Assembly (NCBI GenBank): GCA_964016885.1
Contig: OZ024742.1
Coordinates: 114,266,001-114,330,000, forward strand
Reading direction: 5' to 3'
Length of the DNA stretch: 64,000 nucleotides
Origin: Eledone cirrhosa
Taxonomy: Eukaryota
Part shown: piece after piece, positions 15,751 to 30,789 of the stretch
How the letters are laid out: each line of letters begins with the position of its first letter
Numbering within the stretch: the first letter of the stretch is position 1
The notes under the pieces: model-generated
What the model was told of the DNA's origin: nothing
Databases searched by the model: none
What the model saw: the letters and a program-made list of their open reading frames with translations, nothing else
Translations under genes and position numbers: made by a program

Positions 15751-18700
15751 AGGGTCATAAAATTAAACTACCAATGTGTGAAACGAAATTTAAGTTTATT
15801 TGGTATCGTGCATAATTACAAATAGGAATAGTCAAATTTATATAATAATTTTGAAATCTTATCTTACCCATATAAAAACATGGTCCACTTTACTTGGTGT
15901 ACTTAATCTGGGCAAGAATCATTTTTCAAAAACATGATGCTCTGAATGTTTCAGAGCCAATAACTTTATGCAGTTTGTTATTCTTAATTTATTGTTTTCT
16001 TCTTTATACTCTTAATTTGTTGTCGTATATACAAATTGGTAGAATTCCAAAATATATTTGGAAGTGAAACTGTATTTAATTAAATTAACTGAAGAATATT
16101 TTCATACCATAAGAATAAGAATGTTACTCAATGATTATACATGTTGGTATCTTCAGGTATACCTGGCAATACCATTGCATATTACCTTTTTTTATATTCT
16201 ACTGTGAGGCAACAATTAACTGTAACTTCCCGAAATTTAAAGAATCAATGAGCAAAAGACTAGATAAGTAGTCTAAATCATGCACTGGTTCATACCAAAG
16301 AAGAAACATACTGTTTGACTACATCTTCAGCTTGTTGATCAATAACTATATTTATTCATGGCATTCATCTGCATATTATCGTGCAATATTGCTATTGTTG
16401 TTGGGATGTGTCTATGTAGTTGGTTTTCTGTCCTATCATTGGAGAGAAGTATTGTAACAAGGTATTCATTGTTATGTTACTAAAACCAGCCCTTCAGATG
16501 TTGTAAGCTAGCTGTACAACGTTCCAGATTATAAGCAATTTATTGTGCAAAATAATTAATAGTTACCATATAGTGTCGAAATTGCCCACCACTTCAATTG
16601 GTCAGAATCAGCATGGTATCTGAATAGAGAGGGCAATGAACGAAATCAATAATTTCAAGCAAGTCATTTAAAATGATACCCGAACAATTCTGCCAACTAT
16701 ATTAGATAAAATGTCTCTTGGATTTGGAGTACGTGCATGTTCGTTGCTAGTTCAAATACACGAATAATTTACCTTGCCCTTGCTTCTGTGTACGTCGATT
16801 AATTAAGCACTAAAGGATATTATAAGTTGTAGAATCAGGAGAGTTATATATATACTTGATGTCAGTACAACTGCGTCGTGATAATTCACAAAGTGAAACA
16901 GCTAATATTGAGAATAATAACATTCACCAAGTTAAAAATAAAATCAGAAAAGAATGAGAGAAGAGAAATTGACATATAGATCGTTAGAGAGGGTGAGGTT
17001 GTGAACAATAGGTAAGATATAGGGAGAGCATGTGACGCCCAAACTTATTCGCAGTCCAGTGAGTTTGTATAATTAAACTAATAAAACAAAATTATCTTCT
17101 TGTCCGAGGGAATGAAACAAAGAGCCAATTATATTGAACGAGTTAGGAATAAAGAGCATAATTTGAAAGTCTCTTTAAATATAAATGTAATTTTTTGACG
17201 TAAAACAATATGTAATCTAACAACATATCCCCCCCACCCGCCCCATTGTTACGGGATACGATTTAAATTACTTAAGTACTTGATTAGTACTTGCGTGCGA
17301 AAACTTAGGCTTTTTGCGGAGAGATGACTCTTCATTGAAAGTCATTCGAAGTGAAAATAAAAGGCAAAACCTATTTAGAGTTTCCGCCGATATATGCAGA
17401 TAGAAGAAGGCATAACATAACTGATTGAATTAAAAGTGCATGTGGGCATTACTCATGTAAACATATATTAGAAGATGAATCAATAAACATGGTTTCACTT
17501 TAATATTTGGTCTGACAGTCTACCAATTCAGGAATTGGAACAAAAAGCTTAGTAGGGAAACATGACAAAAAGAAAATAATCAAAATATCTACGAAAACCT
17601 TGACATTATTTTTTTTTTAATGGCACTAGCTACTCCTTGTTGGTATAACAAAGCAATGATCAGGGTGATGTTTTTACAACTTGATAATGTTTGTGATATT
17701 CATTTCGAAATTGGATTGTGTGGAAACAAAATAGTAAGTAATGCATATTTTGCTTTACTGAGTACTGCTAATTTCTTTTAACCATTCCATTTTCCCCTAA
17801 TTGTATGTACACAGTATTAAGATAAACAAACAACAAATCAATAAAGTTAACTCTACGCCTTTTAAATAACCGGCCATATTTCCTCTTAAATTGAGTCTCA
17901 CATATTTTATGAATCAAATATCCCTTCAGAACAAAAATAAGACTATGACTGGAGATCTAAATAATTTACGTCACTTTTTTCAAATAGTTTAAAAGTAATC
18001 TTAAAAAGTCAATAAACACGATTTTGCTTTTGGCTGAATACATTTTGCTCATAATAGCAGAGAATACAGCATCGAATTCAGGATTCTGAATAATACAATA
18101 GTTCAATATTGCTCGTACAATCTTAACAGAAATTGTGTACTATTACCGATATACTAATTATACAACATCTTTAAAAAACACCTTCGCCAAGTTACACATA
18201 ATTACAGAAGAGAAGTTAATTTGCATTCAATATATACAGAAAGTTTTGCAAGCTCCAGATGAGATAATGGGACTAGACAGAGTTTCAAGCGCCCGGATGA
18301 AATCACATTATTCTCCCAAAGACCAAACAATGTTTAGCGCGCTGCAGTGGTGAATATAATTGTCTAATCCTTTCAGATATTATTCTTCACATAAACTGAT
18401 GTTTTGAAACATATTTTCTGGCGGAATTTGGAACGTTACATTGGTTTGTCCAGCTAAACGATTACAAAAATGTGCATAATATTCAACAATAGTTGGAAAT
18501 AACCTTCAGATATCCGCATGAAGAAAATCACAAATTCATATTGTTAAAATACGGATTAAGCTTAAGAAACAACAAAGAGATCAATACCACCCATCAATTG
18601 CAAGCGAGCGACAAACGCAATACTAACAGTAACAGCAGGCAAGAGGATTATGTTATGCTATATTCACATTGACATTGTCGAATCCGTCCAATTTTGTGAA

Positions 18701-18894
18701 GAAAAGAATGAGTTATCGATGGAAAGTGATTTATAGATGGGATATTATGTAATTCCAACGAGATTTCCTTTTCACAACTAACATGGCAAAAAATATGCCG
18801 ACCCGCCTGGAAATTGGTGGTCCAAATACGAAAATAGAAACCACGTGGACATACACGAAAGACATCACCTACAGATTATTTCTTCTAATGGTAA

Positions 18895-19049
18895 AAAGAA
18901 TAGTGCTAGAAATGTATACAAAACTGTCTCTCTGACACACTGTATGTGTGTCAGAGAGACAGTTTTGTATACATTTCTAGCACTATTCTTTATATTTAAG
19001 TAACAGCCGTACTAAAAGTGGGAAATGAAGTTTCGTTTCATTTCCTTCC

Positions 19050-19053
<4 letters not shown>
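18895..19053 (+). mobile_element. Family A 3'-end fragment (18992-19053) preceded by a fold-back of about 45 bp
   Basis: tatatttaagtaacagccgtactaaaagtgggaaatgaagtttcgtttcattt matches the family A end. 18895-18940 is inverted at about 18946-18991. Confidence 0.7.
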
Positions 19054-19112
<59 letters not shown>

Positions 19113-19766
19113 TGAAGTAATTACAAAGCAGGGGCATTGGGAGAAAGTTAGTGTGTATATATATGTGTGTGTGGGTGTGTAGGTGTGGGTGTGTTTGTGT
19201 GTGTGTATGTGTGTGTGTGCGTGTGTGTGTACGTGTGTGTGTATTATATATTATGTATATATACACATGTGTGTGTGTATATATATATTTTTCCTACATT
19301 GATACACAGCCACAAACGCACGAACACAAGCACACACAAACAAACGCTCATATACTTCCATACACATATATTAAAAATGTATATCCTAGAAAACACTGAA
19401 TCAAATATTTCCAATAAATCACTTTAAATTCCAATATAAACCTTCGTAAAACTATGGTCGAAATCATAGTAAAGGTATATCATTTGGTGTTAAATCAGTT
19501 TAACAACGCTACATTTGTACAGAATGATGTTTAAAATTATGTTTTATGCTTGGGTAATGATTTATTATCATATATGTTTTAATGTTAATAAATTCATACA
19601 TGAAATTGAAAGGAAAATAAATCATGAAAGAATGAAATACAAAACCATTTCTATCATATATTTCAGATAATATAGCAAAGACATTGGTTACTTGAGTGAT
19701 ATAAGGATGATCTACTCAAGTACATAATTTGTCATAAATTTGCTGTGTTTCTCTCTCCCTCCATCC

Positions 19767-19797
<31 letters not shown>

Positions 19798-19821
19798 TCG
19801 CTCTCTCTCTCTATATATATA

Positions 19822-19871
<50 letters not shown>

Positions 19872-19876
<5 letters not shown>

Positions 19877-20712
19877 ACAGGAGGCTGGACTGGTTTTAAT
19901 CCTTGAAAGGTTTATTATACTATGATCATTTCAATGACCGAGTTCCATATGCATCCGGTGATATCAACAGCTATTGGAATATAACAAAGGAATATGTAAA
20001 ATACCATGGGTCCGAAAAATCAGAGACAGAGACAAAGAGGACGACTGACCAACTAGCTGCCTTCACCGCGCCAGTCGCCATCAAAATGATGGCAACTGAA
20101 TCTACTAATGACCATCTGGTGAGGGGCGAACGCTTATGATGCACTACCATCTCTCCGCCAAAGAGAAAGGGGAAGAAAGAAAGGAAGAAATAAGAAAAAA
20201 GGAAGAAAGAAGTCAGCGTAAGGGTCACACTACATTCATGCTAGAAAATGACGCGAAAAATGCTCCTCCAAAGATTCTATATTTAACAATGGCATATATA
20301 ATGGGTGTCTGTATGGTCTAATGTGTGAACCGAACATTGGAACGTTAAACTTATGTTACGACTTATAGGATGAAATTAAATTAAATTTAAAAAAATATCA
20401 AATTGCAAAATGATAAATTGAAAAATAAATTATTAGAAAATTAAAGGTTAAGGTAGCGAGATTTATTTAATGAACTTACAGACAAAGTCTTATATGAAAA
20501 CATTAATCTCGATAAGATATCAGGATGGGATATATAGTAAGATTTCGATTGTGAATCCAGCCAGCACCCCCCGAACCATGAGTCAGCCAGTTAAATTAAT
20601 TTTTCCGAGCACTCAAGGAAGGCTGAATTTTCCGAGTGCTCTCCACAATATTACACCAAGATTAACCATACGGAATGACAAATTATATCCAGTGGTGAAC
20701 CGACAAACCTAA
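19872..20712 (-). mobile_element. Probable PLE 3' UTR fragment between (TA)n tracts, with degenerate HHR at about 19915-19975
   Basis: The reverse strand reads atag-CTGTTGA-...-GAAAT-gatc-ATA-gtat. No coding similarity recognised. Confidence 0.4.
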
Positions 20713-20755
<43 letters not shown>

Positions 20756-20815
20756 ATATACATAATATGTATCTGTATATATATATATATATGTTTGTAT
20801 GCAAGTATGTGTGTG

Positions 20816-20866
<51 letters not shown>

Positions 20867-20868
<2 letters not shown>

Positions 20869-21338
20869 CAATATTAAATAAATGGAAAACTATATTTATA
20901 AAACCATATTTATTTCATTATATATATTTCGGGGATATCATATTAACAATATGCTATGCCTTCATCAGACAAAATACAATATAAACAGTTTTATAGATAA
21001 ATAGATTCGACATACCGTAATAAACACCGACTTCATTTGAAGAGGTTTACGCTAGCAGTTTACTGCTAGCGTAAACCTCTTCAAATGAAGTCGGTGTTTA
21101 TTACGGTATGTCGAATCTATTTATCTATAAAACTGTTTATATTGTATTTTGTCTGATGAAGGCATAGCATATTGTTAATATGATATCCCCGAAATATATA
21201 TAATGAAATAAATATGGTTTTATAAATATAGTTTTCCATTTATTTAATATTGTAAATATACTCCAAATATTTGTCGAGTGCTTTTATATCAGTTATAAAT
21301 ATTTACTAGTTGTAACCCAACAATTTTAAATATAACTT

Positions 21339-21341
<3 letters not shown>
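20867..21341 (+). mobile_element. PLE pseudo-LTR with near-perfect palindrome of about 190 bp per arm and an HHR in each arm
   Basis: Arms at 20867-21059 / 21062-21254. The HHR at 21146-21209 reads attttgt-CTGATGA-agg...ccc-GAAAT-atat-ATA-atgaaat; its mirror is at 20912-20975. Confidence 0.8.
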
Positions 21342-21390
<49 letters not shown>

Positions 21391-21397
21391 TATATAG

Positions 21398-21571
21398 GAC
21401 CCCGACGACTGAGCTCAAGCCGTTTCGACGGCTAATTCTGGACTAATTTAGTCTAGAATTACCCGTGGGGGTCCTACTCGTTCCTATTACCTACTCTACT
21501 ACTCTACTACTCTAAGTATTGAGTACTTTGGTGCGTTATGGTCCACCTAGTTGCTTACCACATTTCCTTCG

Positions 21572-21575
<4 letters not shown>
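21398..21575 (+). mobile_element. Short fold-back 3'-end copy of the 1844-4787 PLE family
   Basis: 21398-21450 is the reverse complement of about 4647-4695. 21451-21575 matches 4647-4787 with the HHR GAAAC/stem III deleted. Confidence 0.8.
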
Positions 21576-21619
<44 letters not shown>

Positions 21620-21627
21620 TAAAATAT

Positions 21628-23365
21628 ATGGAGGTGGCCACACCATTAGCTAAGATCTTCCTTTCCCTTATTACGAAGCATTTTCCCCCTACACATAAAT
21701 ATAGTAAAATGTTTAATAGAAATACTATTAAAATGTCTTACTCCACGGCTCCTAACCTTGCACATAACATCACAGCTTCAAATTTAGCTAAACTACCTAG
21801 CCGTAGGAACACGTGCAACCCTGTATTTAGTACTAACTGTAATTGTAGGAATCGGGTTGATTGCCCCCTATCCGGGAAATGCCTCTCTAGTAACATTGTC
21901 TACAAATGTAAGGTTGAAACACCCACGTCCCGTAGGGCCTACATAGGGTTAACTGCCAATAGATTCAAGCAGCGTCTTTACATGCATCCCATTCTTTTCG
22001 TTACCCTCTAAGAAGGAATATGACGTCACTTTCAGCTTATATCTAGAGTCTAAAAGACAACCACACCCAATATAAGTTACACTGGAAGAACCTAGCTAGG
22101 GCTAGATCATATACCGGAAATAAAAGACCATGTGACCTCTGCGCCGCTGAGGCCCTGGACATACGCTACGCCACAGACCACACCTTAAACAAAAAATCTG
22201 AGGCAATTTCGGCTTGTAAACATAAATTGCACAAAACGTTCCTGTATTACAGCCCCACGTTATACCCTAACGGATAGTACGATCTATACGTGGATATTTT
22301 ACGTCTTGATATGGGAGCTAAGTATATGTTATGTTTATACCATTTCTTATTTGCATAGGTAAGTATATATTACCCGTATGTTTTGTGAAGGTACGTATAA
22401 CTGCTCGTACGTATATTTGATTGTTTATGTTATGGCGTATAATTTTATATATTCTGGTACATATGGTTTGGCTATGTGTATACGGGAGTTTTGCGTCTGT
22501 GTCAGTATGCAGGTTCGTACGTATGTAGGGTGTGTGTATATGTGTATGTCATGTTTTGGTTGACTTACGTCTCCGAACATTCGTGTATTTACATGTAGGT
22601 ATGTGTGTGCGCTTGTTATATACGTATTTATTTATTTATATACGTTTATATAATTATTTATTTATTTGTATACACGCATACACACACACACATATTTATA
22701 TGTGCGTGGTTTCGTTTACCTATGGTAAGTGTTTTGCGTATGCTTGTGTATGTAAGTATTTGTTTGCGTGTATGTATTTATTTATTTCTATTACTTCTGT
22801 ATTGTATTTATTTACTTTGTTCTTAACTCTGTAGCGGAGATTCATTCGGTCTCCTAGTTAGCATTTTAGTCTACGACTTCTGCTATACCATTTACGTGGT
22901 TTTGTCTTTGCGTGCTATTATTCTCCACGCTCCACATATGACGTATTATCTTCGTTTTTTTTGTTTATTGCCAGCGAACGTCTCTATGAACCACCTAAGA
23001 GAACATTAGTCTACGACCTCTTTTATACCATAAACGTGGTTCTGTCTTTGCGCGTAATTGTTTTTCACCGCTCCTATTAATGACGTATTATATTCGTTTT
23101 TTCCCGTTCTTTGCCAGCGAACGTTTCCACGAGCCAAATTATCGTCTTCCTGTCTTTCTCCGGTTGCAACGTTTTTTGAAATATCCACTTCTGCGTTTAC
23201 AGATTGACTTTGTTAGTCTCAGAAGTTCCCGTTAAGCAGCGATTCTTTGCTTAAATTTTAATCTGTTATTTTAATAAATATTTGCTCTACGGTTCTTATA
23301 TATTTGATATACATGTATCCCTTATCGAGCCCTCTTTGGATTTAAGTCTTCAAATTTATTATTAT
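21628..23365 (+). mobile_element. 5'-truncated PLE (Hydra-like EN fragment + 3' UTR)
   Basis: FLSLITKHFPPTHKYSKMFNRNTIKMSYS...CNCRNRVDCPLSGKCLSSNIVYKC...AYIGLTANRFKQR, then frameshifted ...PCDLCAAE...LNKKSEAISACKHK to about 22275. The 3' end is shared with 11890-12010 and 42052-42100. Confidence 0.85.
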
Positions 23366-24306
23366 CCTAAACTGACAGTAGTCCGTTTAGTAATATTGTT
23401 GTCGTCGTGTTTTCGTTGGCAATCGTCTGTTTACGACAGTACAGCGCGGCTCTACTTTATTTAACTGAGATAAAACTTATATGAGCATGAACAGTAGATC
23501 ATTACGCATCTTCTGGCTTAAAAATATAGAAGTTTGGTCCAGCGGGAAAAAGTTTATAATCAAAGTTTACTGATAAATCTTGTGTTCAACATTGAGTAGT
23601 AAGCGTGACGCTAGGGGAGGTAATTACGAGGTAATTACAAGGGGAGGTATTCTAATATATTTCAAATTGTATTTTTAACTAAATTCATTTATCATAGTCT
23701 AATATCTTAAAAATAGGTGAGTACTCGACGATGATGACCCATGTCCCCGCCATGTGGAGGGGATGCTTAGGAGCCATCCAGATATCATGTGACCTTTTTT
23801 GGTTCGCGGTGTCCACATGATATCTGGATGGCCCTTTATACTAATTAGTCATGTATCTGCATAAAAATTATACCAGATCATTCTGATTAATGGCTTGAAA
23901 TCTTTTACAAAATTAGTATGAGCAACTAAGAGGTCATCAATAGAAATAGAATTACTTTTTCAAGTTTTCATGCACAGCATTTTTGGGGATTTTAAATAAA
24001 AGTTAATATCATAATTCTTATTTTGTATACCCACATTGCAGAAACATGACAATCCTATATAAAGGTCGTAGACAGCAGTATCAGTTTTTATCCGTAACAC
24101 CATTGAAATGTACAGGTTTCACCAATTCACTATTATGCACTAATCATCTCAAATGCATTCATGATTTACTAGCTTTGTCATTAAGCTAGTTGCCTCAACT
24201 AGATTGCAATTATACTCAAAAGAACTTTAAAATGTCAATCACTTGTCAGTAATTCACTATGATCTTTTAATTATTAGATAGTTGTTGCTTGCATTGCCTT
24301 AAACAA

Positions 24307-25480
<1,174 letters not shown>

Positions 25481-25786
25481 GTACATATATATACATATAT
25501 ATATACGTACATATATATACATATATATATAAGCAGTGAATATTTGGGTACGCGTATCCTTGTGTTTACCACTTTAATCTATGTGTTCGGCTGTGTGATG
25601 TTGGTAGCGGGGGAATAAGAGTTACGTATATAGATAACGTCTAAGAGATAGTAATAAAGTCTGGGCATACGTATGTGGTTATTATTCTTAACATTCGAAC
25701 GTTATCTACATCTGCTGCTGCTGCTTCTACTGTGGACGATGATGAGGATGAGGATAATGACGATGGTGATTATGATAATAATATTT

Positions 25787-25953
25787 TTTTCTACTTTTAG
25801 CACAAGGCCAGCAATTATCCAGTGCATTACTGGTACTTTATTTTATCGAGGCCGTAAGGATGAACGGCAAAGTGAACTAAGGCGGGATTTGAACTCAGAA
25901 TGGCAAGGGCCGTAACTCTATGCGTCTGACTCTCTACCGATACTGCCAATCCA
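25787..25953 (-). mobile_element. SINE
   Basis: Reverse complement of the SINE family (cacaaggccagcaatt...gggatttgaactcagaatggcaagggccgtaac...ctctaccgatactgccaatcca). Confidence 0.85.
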
Positions 25954-27232
25954 ATGATGGTGAATACAAAAGTTTTATGGTCATGAAGGTTTTTATGATG
26001 GTGGATTTAGTGGGAGTAACATGGTGGAGTGTAACTAGAAGAAGGATGACGCTTCTTAATTAAAAAAGCCCACCGAATAAAGCAAATATCTGACAATAAA
26101 TTTTAAAGAACAAACATTATTGACATCTCTTTTAATTGTTTGAATTTATATCCCCCACCCGTTCTCAATCTTTCTCTCTCTTTTTCTCGGTATTATCAGA
26201 TCTAAATGATTACATTTTTGCTATTACACCACAAATCAAATTTACATGCATACTAACAACCTTCCAGCTTTCGAACCGGTCTGTAGTAGGCTCAAATCTA
26301 TTCCTATGTCCTATATTTTAATCTGTCATTATGAACATTTTCCTCAGAATAAAGGATAAAAGTTTTTTTTTATATATTGCATATCTTTGCTGCAGTAGCT
26401 GCTTCTGTTTCTGTTAGTGGTGTTAATGCTTCTGTTTCTGTACTGCTGTTAATACTTTTGTCTTTGTTGCCGTTGTTCTGCTTATGTTGCGGTTATTGTT
26501 GCTGCTGTGGCCGCTGCTGCTGATATGTGTGTTGATGCTGTTAGTAATGAAGGTGACAGCATTGTGGTAGCGTCTGCACTAGCTGCTGCCAGTAAAATGT
26601 CTAACGCAGTAAAATGTCGTAGCCGTTATGTCGTATACTGTACTAAAGAGATTTAACACCTTGATAAAATATAAAAATTGGTTCATTTTCAGAGAGACTG
26701 CAACTATCAATTGTCTAAAGAATATTATTTCTTACGATTTATATTTAATTTTCTGCTCACGACGTTTCAATAGGTGATTGCATTCTGTAACGTAGTATTT
26801 ATCAGCAAACATTCAAATCCAGTAAGTTCTCAAAGATAAATTTTAGTCATGAAAACCAAAGTCTAATAAATTCACTTCACATTTATTATTCATGGCTTGC
26901 ACTCACTTATGTTGTTTGTGACCAGATATTTGACACAGTTCCATAGCTAATCAGTTGAAATATGTTAGTTACTATGTCGCAAAGATTGTGATTAAAATGT
27001 CTGACGTCAGTAAAAATAATGATATATTGTAATTACTAGAATATTTCGTAATATATTTTCACGATGATATCCCAACTGGCTCATGTGGATATGAGATAGC
27101 GACAAATTCAAAAATTACTTTCATAAAAATTCTGTTTTCTAATATAGTATACGCAATTCAGTTCGTGTAATAAGTATTTTTGCTGTCTCTATTGACAAAT
27201 GTTCTATAGCTGTTGATATATATATATATATA

Positions 27233-28106
27233 TAACGAAGGAAATGTGGTAAGGAACCAGGTGGACCATAACGCACCAAAGCGTTTGGGCGGGGTGGATT
27301 CTGAATTTATTTTTCCGTATTCTACCTTTACTTCGTACGAACTTTCATGTAGCTTGTTTTAGATCTTTTAGAGTTAGCATTAGTATATATTTTTCTCGGG
27401 ACTCAGAATTATTATCTCGTACAAGTTCACTTTGCTGCACTGGGTGGTTGGTGGCATTGTACCCGGAATGGAAACCTTTATTGTTTATTTCGTGGTAGTC
27501 TCTTTAGTATTTTGGCCCCTTTTGTTGACCCGTCACCGTATCATTTACGTACTTATACCTCTTAAAAGGGTCCTTGCCTATACCGTCCCACCTAGTTCTT
27601 TTACTTATTTCGTTATTTCTTTATTTCTTTCTTTACTTCTTTCTTTCTTTATTTATTTATTCTAGCCTAACAATAGCTAGAGACCTAGGTCGTAGAATTT
27701 AATTTACTTTACTTTTTTCTTTACACTTATTTGCTTTTCTTCACTCTCAGTATTTTTTCTTTCCTATATATTTCTACCCCCATTGTTCTACCTACCGTTC
27801 CGACTTCCTCCCCCTCCCCCTCCCCTGTATCTTCTTTGACCTCATGCCCAGCTGTAGCTGGCACTACCAACGCTTGATTGGGTCTACTCCACCCTCTCCC
27901 CTCTTTCTCCTAGTGGCAGGTTTAGCCACCATCTCCCCTACTAATTTGTAACCACAGAATTACTACTGATTTTTGACAATCACTTTGACCATATATGGAA
28001 TTACCCCTTGAGAAGATCGGCTATTTAAATAGCAGGATAAATTTTCATTTAGTCCAGAATTAGCCGTCGAAACGGCTTGAGCTCAGCTGTCGGGGTCTTA
28101 CTGGTT

Positions 28107-28108
<2 letters not shown>
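27233..28108 (+). mobile_element. 3' UTR copy of the 1844-4787 PLE with inverted 5' tip and HHR (28003-28096)
   Basis: 27282-28108 aligns to about 3873-4708. 27233-27281 is the reverse complement of the family 3' end (4740-4788). Confidence 0.85.
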
Positions 28109-28150
<42 letters not shown>

Positions 28151-28174
28151 TGTATATATAAATATATATATATA

Positions 28175-28229
<55 letters not shown>

Positions 28230-28232
<3 letters not shown>

Positions 28233-28650
28233 TAAGTTAAACATGTACATCCACATATGTATACTGAAATACTAGTATGCATATGAATACACACACGTAT
28301 ACATATGTAGATGTACCGAGTTTTTCACTGGTCACTTTACTGTGAGTGTCCAGCTATTCTGTATGTAAACACACAGACAAACCGGTTTTTAGAGTCATAC
28401 TGGTTTTTGAGGAAACACCTTTCCTCTATTCTCCAGAAAGCCAGACAAGGAATATTGAACTAGTTTCGATGTTGTTACATCTCATCAGCAATATTTACCT
28501 ATCTTCCGGCCTCTCTAGAGAATCGTAAAAGCACATATCGTTATATGCTTTTTCTATGAAAATTAGTAGTGGGCAGACTAATTTGCATAGAGCGTGAGTA
28601 CGTACCGGTTCAACGGAGACGATAAAAACAAATAACGAAACGAAATTAAA

Positions 28651-28655
<5 letters not shown>
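28230..28655 (-). mobile_element. Divergent family A monomer with intact HHR (28451-28495)
   Basis: The reverse strand reads aatattg-CTGATGA-gatgt(aaca)acatc-GAAAC-ta-GTT-caatatt. It retains the tatgcaaattag box (28581-28588) and the family A terminal motif (aacgaaacgaaatt). Confidence 0.8.
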
Positions 28656-28701
<46 letters not shown>

Positions 28702-28702
<1 letters not shown>

Positions 28703-29140
28703 AAAGTATGTACATTTGATAAAATATATACATCATCTCTTCTCCTAATGACCATAATCAAACACACAAAAAAAAACAATTAAACAAGGCTATAAGATTA
28801 AAAGGTACCTATGAAGAAACAATAGATAAATAAACGACAGCTATCTATCCGCGATCAACAGCTATAGAATATTTACCCACCATTTCTAATAGCACGGGAA
28901 AATCGATTAAATATATAGTCAACCATACACAATTAGTTATGAAATCAAAGTTAGAAGAAGAAATATATATACACATAGCAAAATTATGTTTCTACACCAT
29001 GAGGTTTCATTCGCTTTTTGGAAATATCCGATCAACGATAAATTCACGAGTTTTGAAATCATCAGGAAACAAACTCACTTGGAGGGAGATTTTTCTTAAA
29101 TGATCCCCGCCAGAAACTAATTCAAAATGGCTAAGAACTG
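28702..29140 (+). mobile_element. Degraded PLE fragment (same family as 51740-52340)
   Basis: 28750-28965 aligns with 51800-52010 (cataatcaa.cacacaaaaaaaaacaattaaac.aggctataagatt...). Confidence 0.6.
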
Positions 29141-29194
29141 TATATATTATATATATATGTATATATATATATATATTCATACATATACACATAT

Positions 29195-29876
<682 letters not shown>

Positions 29877-29880
29877 TATA

Positions 29881-29930
<50 letters not shown>

Positions 29931-29964
29931 TATACATATATATATACATATACATACATATATT

Positions 29965-30745
29965 CGCCCCACATGGCTGAATACGATAAATGTGATCTGT
30001 GTTTTTCGAATATTAATAATAATATTCGATTAGTTGGCAATTATGAAAACACCTTATTTTGTAAAACCATCTTAGTAGAATGAGTCCTTCATTCTTGGTC
30101 TTGTGTCGACATGTAAATAGAATTGGAGAGGCTAATGTTTGAACATATAGGATATTTTCTAATATATACAGTGACTGATCGGCCTGATTTTCATATTAGC
30201 AGACTGGCAGATCAGTTAGATCTACATATTAGCAGATCCACTGATCAGCCAATATTTGCATATCAGCAGACAGGCCAGTCAGTTTCCTGCATATGGATGT
30301 TCGCTGTTCATGGTTGAATGAAATAAATGCAATCTGAATTTTTTCGAATATTAATAATAATATTCGATTCGTTTGCAATTATGCATACAGCCACTTTGTT
30401 AAAGCCATGTCAGTAGAATGATCCCCTCATTATTGTATATGTGTTGGCATGTAATCAGAACTGCAGACACTAATGACTGATCAGCAAGTCTGCTAATATG
30501 CAAATCAGGCCGATCAGTCACTGTATATTTTATAAAATATCATATATTTTCTCTAGCTCTGACAGTTGGAAGATGAACAGTTAACCACACTGATGAAGGC
30601 TAATACCCTGAAACATTAGAATCTCCGGTTCTCTTTACATGCCAACACAAGAGCAAGAATGAGGGACTCATTCTACTGACATGGCCTTTTTCACAATTGT
30701 AAACGAATCGAATATTATTATTAATACACGAAGAACTCATATTAC

Positions 30746-30750
<5 letters not shown>
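29965..30750. mobile_element. HHR-containing tandem element, family B (tandem - copies, then inverted + copy)
   Basis: ttcgaatattaataataatattcg occurs at about 30005 and about 30343 (period about 338). The inversion is at about 30476. The HHR at 30583-30630 reads CTGATGA-agg(ctaatac)cct-GAAAC with a degenerate 3' side, and the - copy supplies cattagt-GTC-tgcagtt. ATGCAAAT lies at 30498. Confidence 0.65.

Positions 30751-30789
<39 letters not shown>

Noticed and set aside
23198-23270. HHR at the 3' end of the 21628-23365 PLE
   Set aside because: Stem remnants are visible (GAAAGCA...UGCUUA in the 42060 copy), but the core is missing in this copy.
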